NCBI GenBank assembly: GCA_012974295.1
Contig: JAAXQM010000016.1
Coordinates: 121-64,120, forward strand
Source of the DNA: Dehalococcoidales bacterium
GTDB lineage: Bacteria > Chloroflexota > Dehalococcoidia > E44-bin15
Reading direction: 5' to 3'
DNA: 64,000 nt
This document shows positions 9,356 to 20,078 of this stretch, in pieces. The position numbers and the translations under genes are program-made. Each line of letters starts with the position of its first letter. Position 1 is the first letter of the stretch. Below the pieces are notes generated by a model. The model did not search any database and had not been told where the DNA came from. It worked only from the letters and a program-made list of their open reading frames with translations.

Positions 9356-9948
9356 TGGAAAACATTCGCGCCTTTATCGCCATCGAGCTATCCGATCCTA
9401 TCAAAGCCAGTCTCTCCTCGCTGATCGCCAAATTGCGATCGAAAGAGCACCATTCGGCGAAATATGTGAAGTGGGTTGATCCTAAAGGAATTCACCTCAC
9501 CCTAAAATTTCTAGGGAATGTTACCCCGGATCAGGTGCCCCGGATAATAGATGCAATCACACCGTCGGCTGAGAGTCTATCCCCTCTTAAACTCCAGCTC
9601 GGCAAACTGGGTGTCTTCCCCAATCTTCAGCGCCCCCGTGTTATCTGGGTGGCCATAACCGGGGAAGTGAAGCCACTTATTACCCTGCAGCAGGATATAG
9701 ACCAGGCACTAGCTCCCCTCGGTTTCCCCCCTGAAGGACGCTCTTTCAGCCCACACCTCACCATTGGGCGACTCCGCGAGCAGGCAACCCCGATGGAGCG
9801 CAGCAGCATCGGGAGCCTTATACCGGCGACTGAATTTGAAGGTGGTCCTATATTGGAGATTGATCAAATCAACCTGATGAAGAGCACTCTTACCCCTTCT
9901 GGTGCCATATACAACCGCCTCGCCTCGATCAAACTACATAGCGGCTGA
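9355..9948 (+). CDS. thpR: RNA 2',3'-cyclic phosphodiesterase (2H phosphoesterase, ThpR/LigT family)
   Basis: 197 aa with two H-x-T/S-x motifs (HLTLKF and HLTIGR), typical of the 2H superfamily. Confidence 0.8.
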   Translation: MENIRAFIAIELSDPIKASLSSLIAKLRSKEHHSAKYVKWVDPKGIHLTLKFLGNVTPDQVPRIIDAITPSAESLSPLKLQLGKLGVFPNLQRPRVIWVAITGEVKPLITLQQDIDQALAPLGFPPEGRSFSPHLTIGRLREQATPMERSSIGSLIPATEFEGGPILEIDQINLMKSTLTPSGAIYNRLASIKLHSG

Positions 9949-10222
9949 TCTCGTCCAGTTAGGCTACAACGAGAAGATTCTCCCTGAATTCGACTCACCT
10001 CACCTTTTATCATTGCCAGCGTATCGCTTCAATCAACACTTTTCATAACAAAACATCACTGAGATTATTAAGCCCCCCGACACGTCGGAGTCCTCGTAAT
10101 AATGGCGGACAGCAGGCGAACGGTCACGTCCCGCTAATATCCTGGACACCGCATAACAGTGGCTTGCCAACCGTCTCATCTTTAATGTATACTATTATTG
10201 ATTCTAGGATGGGAGGTGGCTC

Positions 10223-10435
10223 TTGGAGAATAATGTTTTCCCCAAATGCCTAAAGTGTAATACTGGAGATTTAGTCCCGTTGTCAGATTTTGGTAGTCAG
10301 GGGGCGCCGATACACTACAAGGCTTGGGTTTGTACCAACCCTGATTGCGGCTTCAACCTCAAAATCAGGAATGGCGACCTTTATTTGAACGAACCCATCA
10401 TTAGTGGCGTGGGTCATACCGTTAAGGCTCGCTAG
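10223..10435 (+). CDS. Small zinc-ribbon protein (CxxC...CxxxxC), function unknown
   Basis: 70 aa with KCLKC and CTNPDC cysteine pairs. AT-rich, sitting upstream of comF. Confidence 0.45.
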   Translation: MENNVFPKCLKCNTGDLVPLSDFGSQGAPIHYKAWVCTNPDCGFNLKIRNGDLYLNEPIISGVGHTVKAR

Positions 10436-10469
10436 CTAAAAGGGCTTTTCAAATAACTGCTCGACATTT

Positions 10470-11201
10470 ATGAAAGCAGGCTCACTTCTTCCAGTGAACC
10501 TAATTTCTTCATTGAAGCAACTCGAGACGGGAGTTCTTGACCTCCTTTTCCCGCCGCGGTGCGTAGGTTGTGGGAACAGCGGGAGCTTTCTGTGTACCCC
10601 GTGCCTATCAGCGCTGCCTTATCTCCTCTCTCCGCTGTGCACTAAGTGCGGCAAACCGCTTTCCTATGGCACCATCTGTTATGACTGTGAAAAACACCCC
10701 TTTACATTCGATGGCATCCGCTCCCTCTCGCCTTATCACGGCTTGGTACGCCAGGCGATCCTCCAATTTAAATATCAGAATGTGAAAGCGCTCGCGGTAC
10801 CACTCGCTCAGCTAATGGGGACATATATTAACTCACATTCTTTGCCTGCTGATACCTTAGTCCCGGTACCCCTTCACCCCCGTCGCCTTCGGGAACGTGG
10901 CTATAATCAGTCCTCCCTGCTATCCAGGGAATTGAGTAGGCTTGTCTCGTTGCCCGTCGTTGAAGGGGCGCTCCTCCGCGCTAGGAATACACCTGCTCAA
11001 ACGAAAACCAACAGCGCCCAGGACCGCCACAGCAATGTAGCCGGTGCTTTTACCTGCCGGGGTCAACGAGTAGTAGGGAAACGTATACTCCTTATCGATG
11101 ATGTATGTACCTCAGGTGCCACTCTTAACGCCTGCGCTGCTGCGCTGAAGTCAGAAGGTGCCATCTCGGTATGGGGCTTGACAATGGCGCGGGATGTTTG
11201 A
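10470..11201 (+). CDS. comF: ComF family protein (phosphoribosyltransferase-type, ComFC/GntX)
   Basis: N-terminal 4-Cys zinc finger (CVGCG...CTPC...CTKCG...CYDCE) and C-terminal PRTase motif LLIDDVCTSGATL. Confidence 0.8.
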   Translation: MKAGSLLPVNLISSLKQLETGVLDLLFPPRCVGCGNSGSFLCTPCLSALPYLLSPLCTKCGKPLSYGTICYDCEKHPFTFDGIRSLSPYHGLVRQAILQFKYQNVKALAVPLAQLMGTYINSHSLPADTLVPVPLHPRRLRERGYNQSSLLSRELSRLVSLPVVEGALLRARNTPAQTKTNSAQDRHSNVAGAFTCRGQRVVGKRILLIDDVCTSGATLNACAAALKSEGAISVWGLTMARDV

Positions 11202-11204
11202 GGG

Positions 11205-12317
11205 ATGACAAAGGCATATGTAATCATTTTCCTCGGTGGTATCGCGGGCAGTCCGGTCGCAGAGATGGTCGCCGGTTGCCACCGTGCCATCGCCCGGGAT
11301 ACCATAGAGCGGATACATCAGGCCGGCATCTTCGATAGGGTGATCCTGGTCACCGATGGAGACCAGCTCGATCCCTCCGTGGTGGTAGAGCAGAGTGGGC
11401 ACCCATTTCATTTCGGTAAAAGGCTCAAAGAGATTATTGACAAATACGATATTGAAACGCCCTTCTATATAGGCGGGGGCAGTATTCCCCTCCTCTCTTC
11501 AGATGAACTAAGGGAACTCGGCATTCAGCTATCCTCATTAGAGAATGCGGTGATTACTAACAATCATTATTCCGCCGACATGGTCGCTTTCACCCCAGGG
11601 AAGGCCATCGGGGATATCGAGCTTCCCACGACCGATAATCCCCTGGCACAGCTTCTGGTACGGCAAGCCGGCTTACATGAGGTCTGTCTGCCACATACCG
11701 CCCACTATCAGTTCGATGTAGACACGCCCACCGACCTATTCGTCCTTAAGCTTCACCCGGGGATCGGTAGCAACACCAGGGCATATCTTGAAGGGCTTGA
11801 ACTGGATACCTCTCACCTGGAACGTGCGGTGCGCCTCTTCACCGACGAAGATGCCCAGATCCTCATAGCCGGGCGTGTGGGCAGTCATGTCTGGTCCCAA
11901 CTGGAAAGTGAGACATCTTGTCGGGTACGCATGCTCGCCGAAGAGAGAAGTCTGCGCGCCGATGAACGCGACAGGCGCGGTGAGGTATGCACTATTCTAG
12001 GCTTCTATCTGGAGCAGGTAGGCACGGAGCGCTTCTTTAAAACACTAGCCCGGTTAGGTAACGCCGCTTTTATTGATACCAGAGTGCTCTTCACTCACTT
12101 TGGATTAAATCTTACTACAGCAGACCGCTTCTACTCCGACCTGGGACAGTATGCAAAGATAAATAACCCCTTTGTCCGTGAATTCACACAACAGGCTATG
12201 GAGTCTCCAATTCCGGTCATCCTTGGGGGGCATTCACTGGTCTCGGGCGGTTTACTCGCCCTCATCGAGTTAGCCCGGCCAGGAAATAGGATGTTATTGA
12301 CAGGGAAAGGATGGTAA
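11205..12317 (+). CDS. Hypothetical protein, translationally coupled to comF. The N-terminal half may have a nucleotide-diphospho-sugar-transferase-like fold (weak).
   Basis: 370 aa ORF whose start lies 4 bp after the comF stop. No family confidently recognised. Confidence 0.45.
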   Translation: MTKAYVIIFLGGIAGSPVAEMVAGCHRAIARDTIERIHQAGIFDRVILVTDGDQLDPSVVVEQSGHPFHFGKRLKEIIDKYDIETPFYIGGGSIPLLSSDELRELGIQLSSLENAVITNNHYSADMVAFTPGKAIGDIELPTTDNPLAQLLVRQAGLHEVCLPHTAHYQFDVDTPTDLFVLKLHPGIGSNTRAYLEGLELDTSHLERAVRLFTDEDAQILIAGRVGSHVWSQLESETSCRVRMLAEERSLRADERDRRGEVCTILGFYLEQVGTERFFKTLARLGNAAFIDTRVLFTHFGLNLTTADRFYSDLGQYAKINNPFVREFTQQAMESPIPVILGGHSLVSGGLLALIELARPGNRMLLTGKGW

Positions 12318-12381
12318 AATAAACTATCGTCCGTCAGGAGATGATGCGTCCCTACCCTATATACGCTATAGAGGAAAAAAT

Positions 12382-13647
12382 ATGAATAAACAGTTCACCA
12401 ACCACTACACCTCAGTCGAAAAGAGCGATCCGGAGGTTTGGCAAACAATTCACCGCGAGGTGGAGCGCCAGCGACGGAATATTGAGCTCATCGCCTCCGA
12501 GAACCATGCTTCGCCGGCCGTTCTGGAGGTCCAAGGGTCAGTGCTCACCGACAAATACGCCGAGGGCTATCCGAATCGCCGCTATTATGGTGGTTGCCAG
12601 GCTGTTGACAAAGTTGAGGAGCTGTCGAGGGAACGGGCCAAGTTACTTTTTAAGGCTGAGCATGCCAATGTCCAACCTCACAGTGGCACCCAGGCAAACA
12701 TGGCGGCATATTTCACCCTGATCGACCCCGGAGATACTGTGCTGGCAATGAGTTTAGCCCACGGGGGGCACCTTACCCACGGGAGCGCAGTTAATTTCTC
12801 CGGCAAGCTTTATCGCTTTATCAGCTATGGTGTAAGCCAAGAAACCGAGCGATTGGACTACGATGAGATAGAGCGGATTGCCCGGGAGCACCGACCCAAG
12901 CTTATCGTTGCAGGCGCCAGTGCCTATCCCAGGATTATCGACTTTGAGCGGTTCCGCCAGATCGCCGACATTGCCGGGGCATATCTCTTAGTGGACATGG
13001 CTCACATAGCGGGGCTGATCGCCGCCGGGGTGCACCCCTCACCCATTCTCCACGCTGATATCGTCACCTCCACCACCCATAAGACGCTGCGGGGGCCGCG
13101 CGGTGGCTTCGTCTTATCTAAGGCGCAGTTTGCTTCCCGACTCGATGAGGCAATCTTCCCCGGCACTCAGGGCGGTCCTTTAATGCACGTTATTGCCGCA
13201 AAGGCAGTGGCCTTTGGCGAAGCTATGACTTCCGATTTCATCAGCTATCAGCACGCGGTAGTAGAGAACGCTCGCATCCTGGGTGACGAGCTTCAGAAGG
13301 ATGGTCTACGCCTCGTTTCAGGAGGTACGGAGAATCATCTTCTGCTAATCGACCTTTCCTCTCTAGAGATAACCGGAAAGCAAGCCGAGGAAGCACTGGA
13401 CTCCGTGTGGATCACGGTGAATCGTAATGCTATCCCCTTCGACAGCCGTCCTCCCCAGCTTACCAGCGGTATTCGACTGGGCACCCCCGCAGTCACCACC
13501 CGCGGTTTTGGTCCCGACGAGATAAGGCACATTGCTCAACTCATTATTAAAGTGCTCGCCAATATAGGTGATGAGCAAATCTATGAGGAAGTGCGTCGAG
13601 CAGTGGAAGATATATCCCGTCGTTTCCCGGTGCCCGGGATTGGTTAG
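12382..13647 (+). CDS. glyA: Serine hydroxymethyltransferase
   Basis: 421 aa with the PLP-lysine motif [12 protein letters not shown]. Confidence 0.95.
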   Translation: MNKQFTNHYTSVEKSDPEVWQTIHREVERQRRNIELIASENHASPAVLEVQGSVLTDKYAEGYPNRRYYGGCQAVDKVEELSRERAKLLFKAEHANVQPHSGTQANMAAYFTLIDPGDTVLAMSLAHGGHLTHGSAVNFSGKLYRFISYGVSQETERLDYDEIERIAREHRPKLIVAGASAYPRIIDFERFRQIADIAGAYLLVDMAHIAGLIAAGVHPSPILHADIVTSTTHKTLRGPRGGFVLSKAQFASRLDEAIFPGTQGGPLMHVIAAKAVAFGEAMTSDFISYQHAVVENARILGDELQKDGLRLVSGGTENHLLLIDLSSLEITGKQAEEALDSVWITVNRNAIPFDSRPPQLTSGIRLGTPAVTTRGFGPDEIRHIAQLIIKVLANIGDEQIYEEVRRAVEDISRRFPVPGIG

Positions 13648-13721
13648 TTGTTACTACAGCCTTTTCATGTTATAATCCAATTTGTAATTATTGAGCTTGT
13701 ACAAAGTCTGGAGGTAATGGA

Positions 13722-14012
13722 TTGCGAGACTATGAACTCACCGTAGTAATTAGCCCTTCGGTTGCCGATGACGAGGTAACCGCTACCCTGGAGAAGAAGG
13801 TGAGCCAGTTCATTACTGAACGGGGTGGTTCCATTACCGAAGTGAAACCATGGGGCAGAAAAAGGCTTGCTTACCCGATAAAAAACCATAATGAAGGGAA
13901 TTATGTGCTCACCATTTTTAAAATGGATCCTAATCTCACTGCAGAGCTTGAGTCAAGTCTAGAACTCTCGGAGGAGATCCTGCGCCACCTGTTAGTCAGG
14001 TTGAGTGACTAG
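13722..14012 (+). CDS. rpsF: 30S ribosomal protein S6 (TTG start)
   Basis: 96 aa, MRDYELTVVISP..., in the conserved rpsF-ssb-rpsR order. Confidence 0.9.
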   Translation: MRDYELTVVISPSVADDEVTATLEKKVSQFITERGGSITEVKPWGRKRLAYPIKNHNEGNYVLTIFKMDPNLTAELESSLELSEEILRHLLVRLSD

Positions 14013-14027
14013 GAAAGGAGTTGAGAC

Positions 14028-14429
14028 ATGGCGAGTCTTAATAAGGTAATGGTTATTGGTAACCTGGGCACTGACCCTGAGATGCGCTTCACTCCTAACG
14101 GCAACCAGGTAACCTCATTTCGTATAGCCAGCACGCGGACATACACCACCTCCGAAGGGGAGAAACAGCAGGAGACAGAGTGGTTTACTGTGACTACCTG
14201 GGGCAAGCTGGCAGAGACATGTAACCAGTTTCTTGCCAAGGGTCGTCGGGCCTACGTTGAGGGAAGGCTGAGAACACGTAACTGGGAGGGGCAGGACGGT
14301 CAGAAGCGCTTCAATACTGAGATTGTGGCCAACACGGTTATTTTTCTCGATCGCCCGGGAGCGGCTCCGCTTCCTGAGGATGCCGAGGGGGGAGCAGAAG
14401 ATATACAGCCAGAGGAGCTCCCTTTCTAA
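14028..14429 (+). CDS. ssb: Single-stranded DNA-binding protein
   Basis: 133 aa OB fold with an acidic C-terminal tail ending EELPF. Confidence 0.9.
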   Translation: MASLNKVMVIGNLGTDPEMRFTPNGNQVTSFRIASTRTYTTSEGEKQQETEWFTVTTWGKLAETCNQFLAKGRRAYVEGRLRTRNWEGQDGQKRFNTEIVANTVIFLDRPGAAPLPEDAEGGAEDIQPEELPF

Positions 14430-14451
14430 AATAGCTAGAGAGGAATAAATA

Positions 14452-14778
14452 ATGCCTGGAAGAAGGCCAGTAAAGTCAGCTAAAGGAAAGTCGTCACAAG
14501 GAAGAAAACCGGGCGGGGGCAGGAGGTTTATCCCGAAGCGCAAGGTGTGCTCCTTCTGTGTTGCTCATGTAGAAACTATCGAGTATAAGGATCCAGCTAT
14601 GCTCCGCCGCTATATCTCAGACCGGGGCAAGATCGAGCCTCGTCGCCGCACTGGCACCTGTGCTAAGCACCAGCGTGCTTTAGCGATGGCAATAAAACGG
14701 GCGCGGCATCTCGCGATGCTCCCCTTTACCCCAGAACATATTCGCCCGGTTATCAGCAGCAGGAGTTTACAGGACTAA
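14452..14778 (+). CDS. rpsR: 30S ribosomal protein S18
   Basis: 108 aa with a conserved core ([27 protein letters not shown]). Confidence 0.9.
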   Translation: MPGRRPVKSAKGKSSQGRKPGGGRRFIPKRKVCSFCVAHVETIEYKDPAMLRRYISDRGKIEPRRRTGTCAKHQRALAMAIKRARHLAMLPFTPEHIRPVISSRSLQD

Positions 14779-14804
14779 ACGCTTTTCCCACGTGAAACCT
14801 CCAA

Positions 14805-14833
14805 CCAATAACCTGTAAAGCCCCCGAGAGGGC
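14805..14833 (+). terminator. Putative rho-independent terminator after rpsR
   Basis: AAAGCCCCCGAGAGGGCTTT hairpin followed by TTATT. Confidence 0.4.
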
Positions 14834-14834
14834 T

Positions 14835-15833
14835 TTGTTATTAAAAATGGCGAAAAAAGAGAAGTCTCCGATAAAACACGGGCCGACAAAACGTCGTCTC
14901 GCACGATGGCAGCAGGAGAGACGAAGGCGACGGATCGTTGCCGCCATCGGTATGTCTGTTCTTATCGTCATTGCAGCACTCATCAGCTATGGGTTCTATG
15001 CAACTAGCATCGCCCCGGGAAGCGAGTGGGTCACCACGGTAGGGGATAGGGATTTTAATAGTAATGACTATGCTAGGACGCTGCGCCTATATCCCCCTTC
15101 ACAAGAATCTGCCAATCCCGCCCAGCTAACATTGGAAAACATGGAGAATATCGAGCTTTTATGGCAGGGATCAGCAGGTTTCAACATAAGCGTCACCGAC
15201 GATGAGGTCACCCAAGAGATCAGACGCTTGCTGGAAGAGAATGGAGAACCGCTTACCGATGAGGAGTTCGAAGAACGCTACAAAGAAGTGCTCAGTGCTA
15301 CGGGGCTTACGGATGAGGAATACCGGGAGGTAGTGAAGACAGGACTAATACAAACAGAGGTGAGTGAGCATTTCTTAGATCAGGTTCCCCAATCCGCCGA
15401 GCAGGTTCATGTGGAGGCAATCTCGGTAGCCACCGAGGAGGAGGCAATGGAGGTTATGGGTAACCTATCTGCGGGAGAAGATTTCACCTCTATCGCTGCT
15501 AAGTTAGGGGGCGGCGATATAGGCTGGCTGCCCCGGGGGATAGCCAGCCAGGAATTCGACGATGTCGCGTTCAACCCTGACATTGAACTTGGTACCGTCA
15601 CGCCGTTTGGCACCGATGAGGGCTGGTATATTATCAGGGTTCTGGGGCATGAAGAGGATAAAGCAATCGACGAGGCCACAAGAAATCAGCTAGCAGTCAA
15701 CGCAATTTCTAGCTGGATGGCGGATGAGTGGGAGATCAAGGTGGAACGCAACCCCAAGTACGATCTGGAAAACCCAGGATATATAGAAAATTTGCAGGAC
15801 CTGTATGTATGGGCCCTGGACAAAATTAATTAG
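14835..15833 (+). CDS. PpiC/parvulin-type peptidyl-prolyl cis-trans isomerase with an N-terminal membrane anchor (SurA/PrsA-like)
   Basis: 332 aa with an N-terminal TM helix and a C-terminal parvulin domain (GDIGWLPRG...GWYIIRV). Confidence 0.8.
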   Translation: MLLKMAKKEKSPIKHGPTKRRLARWQQERRRRRIVAAIGMSVLIVIAALISYGFYATSIAPGSEWVTTVGDRDFNSNDYARTLRLYPPSQESANPAQLTLENMENIELLWQGSAGFNISVTDDEVTQEIRRLLEENGEPLTDEEFEERYKEVLSATGLTDEEYREVVKTGLIQTEVSEHFLDQVPQSAEQVHVEAISVATEEEAMEVMGNLSAGEDFTSIAAKLGGGDIGWLPRGIASQEFDDVAFNPDIELGTVTPFGTDEGWYIIRVLGHEEDKAIDEATRNQLAVNAISSWMADEWEIKVERNPKYDLENPGYIENLQDLYVWALDKIN

Positions 15834-17148
15834 TCGGAGTAGACGACAATTGGGTAAAAAGGAGAGCATAGGGGTTGGTCTTCTCGGGCTGGGTGTTGTA
15901 GGCGGAGGTGTAGCCCGAGCGCTAACAGGGCGAGCGGAGGCTCTCGATACCCAGGTTGGCTGCCCGCTACGCCTGCTGAAGATAGCGGAGAAAGACCTCG
16001 CTAAGACGCGCGCTTCACAGATAAACCCCGATCTCTTTACCACCGATCCGGCAGAGGTCATCGCCGACCCGGAGATCGATATAGTAATCGAGGTCCTCGG
16101 CGGTGAGCACCCTGCCATGGAACTTATCAACGACGCCCTGGGAAGGGGGAAATATGTAGTCACTTCCAATAAGGAGGTGATGGCAAAGCACTTCCCCGAG
16201 TTCCTATCTCTGGCGAAAGACAAGGGAGTGGATATCCTCTACGAGGCCAGTGTGGGGGGAGGCATCCCCTTGATCGCCCCATTCAAGCAAAACCTTTTAG
16301 CCAATGAGATCAGAACTATTTATGCCATTATCAATGGAACAACCAACTATATCCTGACCATGATGGCCTCAGCGGGGGTCGATTTTTCATCAGCCCTGAA
16401 GCAGGCTCAGGATCTAGGCTACGCTGAAGCTGACCCGATAAACGATATCGAGGGGATAGACGCCGTCTATAAGCTCGTTATACTCACCACTTTAGCCTTT
16501 CGTGTCGAGGTGCACCCCGATGACATCTATCGGGAGGGTATTTCCCGCCTCTCATCCCGCGACTTCCGCTACGCAAAAGAGCTGGGCTATGAGATAAAGC
16601 TCCTCGCTATCGCAAAAGAACAGGATGGCGCCATTGAAGCGCGCGTCCATCCCGTTTTCCTTCCCCAAGACCTACTCCTGGCCAAGGTTGATGGCGTGAA
16701 TAATGCGGTACAGGTAGAGGGCGACCTGGTAGGGCGATTGCTGTTCTACGGCCAGGGGGCGGGCCCTGCCCCGACCTCGAGCGCCGTAATCGCCGATGTA
16801 ATCGATGTGGCACAGCGAATCAGCCATGGAGTAAGTATCACCCCCATGTTGCGTCTTGACCCTACGAAGAAGATCAAGCCCATCTCCGAGATCGAGACCC
16901 GGTATTATCTAAGGATGAGCACAGTAGATCGTCACGGCGTGCTGGCCAAGATCTCAAGGGTTATGGGTGACAACCTCATCAGCATCTCATCAGTAATTCA
17001 GAAGGAGAGCGATATCTCCGCCGATGTAGCGGAGATCGTGCTCATGACCTATCCGGCAAAAGAGCAGGCAATGCAGCAGGCGATGAGGGAGATCGAACAC
17101 CTCGATGTGGTGCGGGAGATCTCGAACTTCGTCCGTGTGGAGGACTAA
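15805..17148 (+). CDS. hom: Homoserine dehydrogenase with C-terminal ACT domain. The start is probably an internal TTG around 15838 (MGKKESIGVGLLGLG).
   Basis: NAD-binding GLLGLGVVGGGV motif, a homoserine dehydrogenase catalytic domain and an ACT domain. The 5' 30 bp of the ORF overlap ppiC, so the annotated start is uncertain. Confidence 0.85.
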   Translation: MYGPWTKLISRSRRQLGKKESIGVGLLGLGVVGGGVARALTGRAEALDTQVGCPLRLLKIAEKDLAKTRASQINPDLFTTDPAEVIADPEIDIVIEVLGGEHPAMELINDALGRGKYVVTSNKEVMAKHFPEFLSLAKDKGVDILYEASVGGGIPLIAPFKQNLLANEIRTIYAIINGTTNYILTMMASAGVDFSSALKQAQDLGYAEADPINDIEGIDAVYKLVILTTLAFRVEVHPDDIYREGISRLSSRDFRYAKELGYEIKLLAIAKEQDGAIEARVHPVFLPQDLLLAKVDGVNNAVQVEGDLVGRLLFYGQGAGPAPTSSAVIADVIDVAQRISHGVSITPMLRLDPTKKIKPISEIETRYYLRMSTVDRHGVLAKISRVMGDNLISISSVIQKESDISADVAEIVLMTYPAKEQAMQQAMREIEHLDVVREISNFVRVED

Positions 17149-17230
17149 AGGGCCATATCCATGGCAATATAACAGGTCAGCCGATTAGGTTCTGTATATC
17201 ATTATGTAAATTATTTGAAAGGACGAAAAA

Positions 17231-17611
17231 ATGGGCTATCTATCCCCCCTGCTGGCGGTACGGAATGTGAAAGAGACGATCGAATTCTATAAGAATATTC
17301 TTGGATTCGAGACAGGGATGATTTTCCCCGACGAAAGCAACCCTGAATATGCCGATCTTTCAAAGGACGGTATGGTGATGATGTTTATACTGACTAAAAA
17401 TATGGGTATTGGCAGCGATGATAAGCTGGGAATCGGTGTGAACCTGTATATGGAAATCGATGGCGACATTGATGAGTATTACGCTGAATTGAAGAGTAAG
17501 AGCGTTAAGATCGTATACGATATAAAGGATGAGCACTTTGGCATCAGGGACTTTGCCATCGAGGATATCGATGGGTATCAACTGACATTCAATCGCCGTC
17601 TTGAGGGCTAA
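17231..17611 (+). CDS. VOC/glyoxalase-bleomycin-resistance family protein
   Basis: 126 aa VOC fold. AT-rich, inserted between hom and thrC. Confidence 0.75.
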   Translation: MGYLSPLLAVRNVKETIEFYKNILGFETGMIFPDESNPEYADLSKDGMVMMFILTKNMGIGSDDKLGIGVNLYMEIDGDIDEYYAELKSKSVKIVYDIKDEHFGIRDFAIEDIDGYQLTFNRRLEG

Positions 17612-17647
17612 CAAACCGGCAACTTTGAACTTAGCGAAAAATAGAAA

Positions 17648-18697
17648 ATGAAAAAAGGTATTCTGGAAAGATACGGAGAATTCCTCCCCATTACCACAAA
17701 GACTCCGATTATTACACTGGGGGAGGGGGATACGCCCCTGGTTCGGTCTCAGAAGATCGAGAGTGAAATAGGATGCGAGCTTTACTTCAAGCTTGAAGGG
17801 TGCAACCCCACCGGCTCCTTCAAGGACCGGGGGATGGTTATAGCCGTGGCCAAGGCAGTGGAGGAAGGTAGCAAGGCGATTATTTGCGCCTCCACCGGCA
17901 ATACCAGCGCTTCGGCGGCTGCCTTCGGGGCGAGATTCGGCCTGCAGACCATCGTCATAATCCCCGAGGGAAAGATCGCCCAGGGGAAGCTGTCCCAGGC
18001 CCTTATTTATGGGGCCAGGATCATAGCAATAGACGGCAATTTCGACCAGGCGCTGACAATTGTACGCACCCTTGCAGAGAGACATCCCATCACACTTGTT
18101 AATTCCGTTAATCCTAATCGCATCGAAGGGCAGAAGACAGGCGCCTTCGAGATCGTAGATGCGCTGGGCGATGCCCCGGATTATCACTTCATCCCGGTGG
18201 GCAACGCAGGGAATATCACCGCCTACTGGAAGGGCTATTCCGAGTATCATCAGTCCGGCCACTCTATCAATAAGCCACGAATGATGGGCTTTCAGGCTGA
18301 GGGGGCATCCCCTATTGTCCAGGGGAGGGTCTTTGAGCACCCTGAGACGGTGGCGACAGCTATCAGGATTGGCAACCCGGCAAGCTGGAAGAGGGCGGTC
18401 GCTGCCAGGGATGAGTCAGGCGGCATCATCGACTCGGTCACCGACGAAGAGATCCTCTCCGCCTATCGCCTGCTTGCTCAGAAGGAGGGAATCTTCGGTG
18501 AGCCGGCCTCGGCAGCCTCAGTGGCCGGTCTATTGAAGGTGGTAGGGCAGGGCATGAACCTGAGGGACAAAAAAGTAGTTTGCATTATCACCGGTGCCGG
18601 ATTAAAGGACCCGGACACTGCAATCCAATGTGCGCCGCCTCCTGTTGAGCTCCCCGCTGAGCTCTCCGCTATCGAGCAAGCCCTGGGCTTAGAATGA
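17648..18697 (+). CDS. thrC: Threonine synthase
   Basis: 349 aa with the PLP motif GSFKDRGM. Confidence 0.9.
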   Translation: MKKGILERYGEFLPITTKTPIITLGEGDTPLVRSQKIESEIGCELYFKLEGCNPTGSFKDRGMVIAVAKAVEEGSKAIICASTGNTSASAAAFGARFGLQTIVIIPEGKIAQGKLSQALIYGARIIAIDGNFDQALTIVRTLAERHPITLVNSVNPNRIEGQKTGAFEIVDALGDAPDYHFIPVGNAGNITAYWKGYSEYHQSGHSINKPRMMGFQAEGASPIVQGRVFEHPETVATAIRIGNPASWKRAVAARDESGGIIDSVTDEEILSAYRLLAQKEGIFGEPASAASVAGLLKVVGQGMNLRDKKVVCIITGAGLKDPDTAIQCAPPPVELPAELSAIEQALGLE

Positions 18698-18719
18698 TTC
18701 TAGAATCGAGGAGGTCTCA

Positions 18720-19298
18720 ATGGCTAAAGTAAGCATAGAAGGCGCGGGAAAGTTCTCTCACCATTACCCCAAGGTGGCTACCATAGTTACCGTCCATGCA
18801 ACAGGAAAAGACAATGCCATGGCCGTAGCGTGGCACTCTTCCATCTCCGCAAATCCGCCCATGTACGGGGTCTCCATCGCTCCGAAAAGGTTCACCATGG
18901 AGCTGATGCTGGAGGCTAAGGAATTTGGGGTGAACTTCATGCCTATTGAGAAAGCAGAACTCGTTGCCTCTGTAGGCGGCATCTCTGGCAGGGAGGTGGA
19001 TAAGTTCCAGAGGTGGGGGATCGAAAAGGATAAGCCGCTAAAGACATCGGTGCCCATCCTAAGGGATGCCTACGCCTGCTATGAGTGCAAGCTGGTAGAC
19101 CATACAACCTATGGCGACCATGTGTGGGTTGTTGGTGAAATACTGGCTACTCACTTTGAGGAAGAACTATTTACAGAGGGGCAAGCGCTCAACCTAGAGC
19201 GCGTCTCGCCCGCCTTATTCATGGGTAATGAGCTCTATACCATCCCGGCGAAAGACAACATACGAAATCTCGACCGCAAGGTCTACGGGAAGCGCTGA
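18720..19298 (+). CDS. Flavin reductase-like (DIM6/NTAB) domain protein
   Basis: 192 aa with a flavin-reductase-like FMN-binding split barrel. Confidence 0.75.
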   Translation: MAKVSIEGAGKFSHHYPKVATIVTVHATGKDNAMAVAWHSSISANPPMYGVSIAPKRFTMELMLEAKEFGVNFMPIEKAELVASVGGISGREVDKFQRWGIEKDKPLKTSVPILRDAYACYECKLVDHTTYGDHVWVVGEILATHFEEELFTEGQALNLERVSPALFMGNELYTIPAKDNIRNLDRKVYGKR

Positions 19299-19310
19299 AA
19301 GGAATGGACA

Positions 19311-19871
19311 TTGGTCAATAAAGGCAGGATTAAGAAAGCATTTACATCCATACTCGAAGCCGTCGGTGAAAACCCGTCACGGGAGGGTCTTAAAGACACG
19401 CCGAAACGTATCGCCGATATGTACGCCGACATTTTCAGCGGCCTCGATATGGATCCCAGGGATGCGCTCGTCGTGGGCTTTGACGAGGGTCACCACGAGA
19501 TGGTGATCCTCAAGGACATCCCCTTCTACTCCATGTGCGAGCATCACTTTCTCCCATTCTTCGGGTTAGCGCATGTAGGCTACATCCCCAAGGGGCGAAT
19601 CGCCGGGGCCTCTAAAGTGGCCCGCGCGGTGGACATTCTGGCAAAGCGGCCCCAGCTTCAGGAGAGGCTGACCACCCAGATCGCGGAGGCAATGGTCGAG
19701 GCTCTCAAGCCAAACGGAGTGGCGGTGGTCATAGAAGCGGAGCATATGTGCATGACTATGCGCGGTGTGAAGAAGCCAAGGTCTAAAATCGTAACATCCG
19801 CAATGAGGGGAATTTTCCGCGAGAACCCCGCCACCCGCGCTGAGTTCATGTCGCTGTTACAGGGACGCTAG
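19311..19871 (+). CDS. folE: GTP cyclohydrolase I
   Basis: 186 aa with the [11 protein letters not shown] zinc-site motif. Confidence 0.9.
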   Translation: MVNKGRIKKAFTSILEAVGENPSREGLKDTPKRIADMYADIFSGLDMDPRDALVVGFDEGHHEMVILKDIPFYSMCEHHFLPFFGLAHVGYIPKGRIAGASKVARAVDILAKRPQLQERLTTQIAEAMVEALKPNGVAVVIEAEHMCMTMRGVKKPRSKIVTSAMRGIFRENPATRAEFMSLLQGR

Positions 19872-19932
19872 ACTCGTTCCGCTATCGCTATTCACATCAC
19901 AATCTGGAGATTATTAGATTTTCTCTATGAGA

Positions 19933-20038
19933 ATGCTGAAATAGACTCAATTAACCCTCTTATCTCACACCTTGGAGATTATTAAAGCTGGTGGACACCC
20001 CCAGCAGAAAGCATCCTGTACCTCTCTCTCAGCGGTCT
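19933..20038. repeat. Copy b of the structured intergenic repeat element
   Basis: ATGCTGAAATAGACTCAAT ... GGTGGACACCCCCAG ... CCTCTCTCTCAGCGGTCT. The same block order as copy a, but more degenerate. Confidence 0.6.
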
Positions 20039-20078
20039 CTCCATATTACGCTTTTAATCGTTACCTTAATCGGACCTG

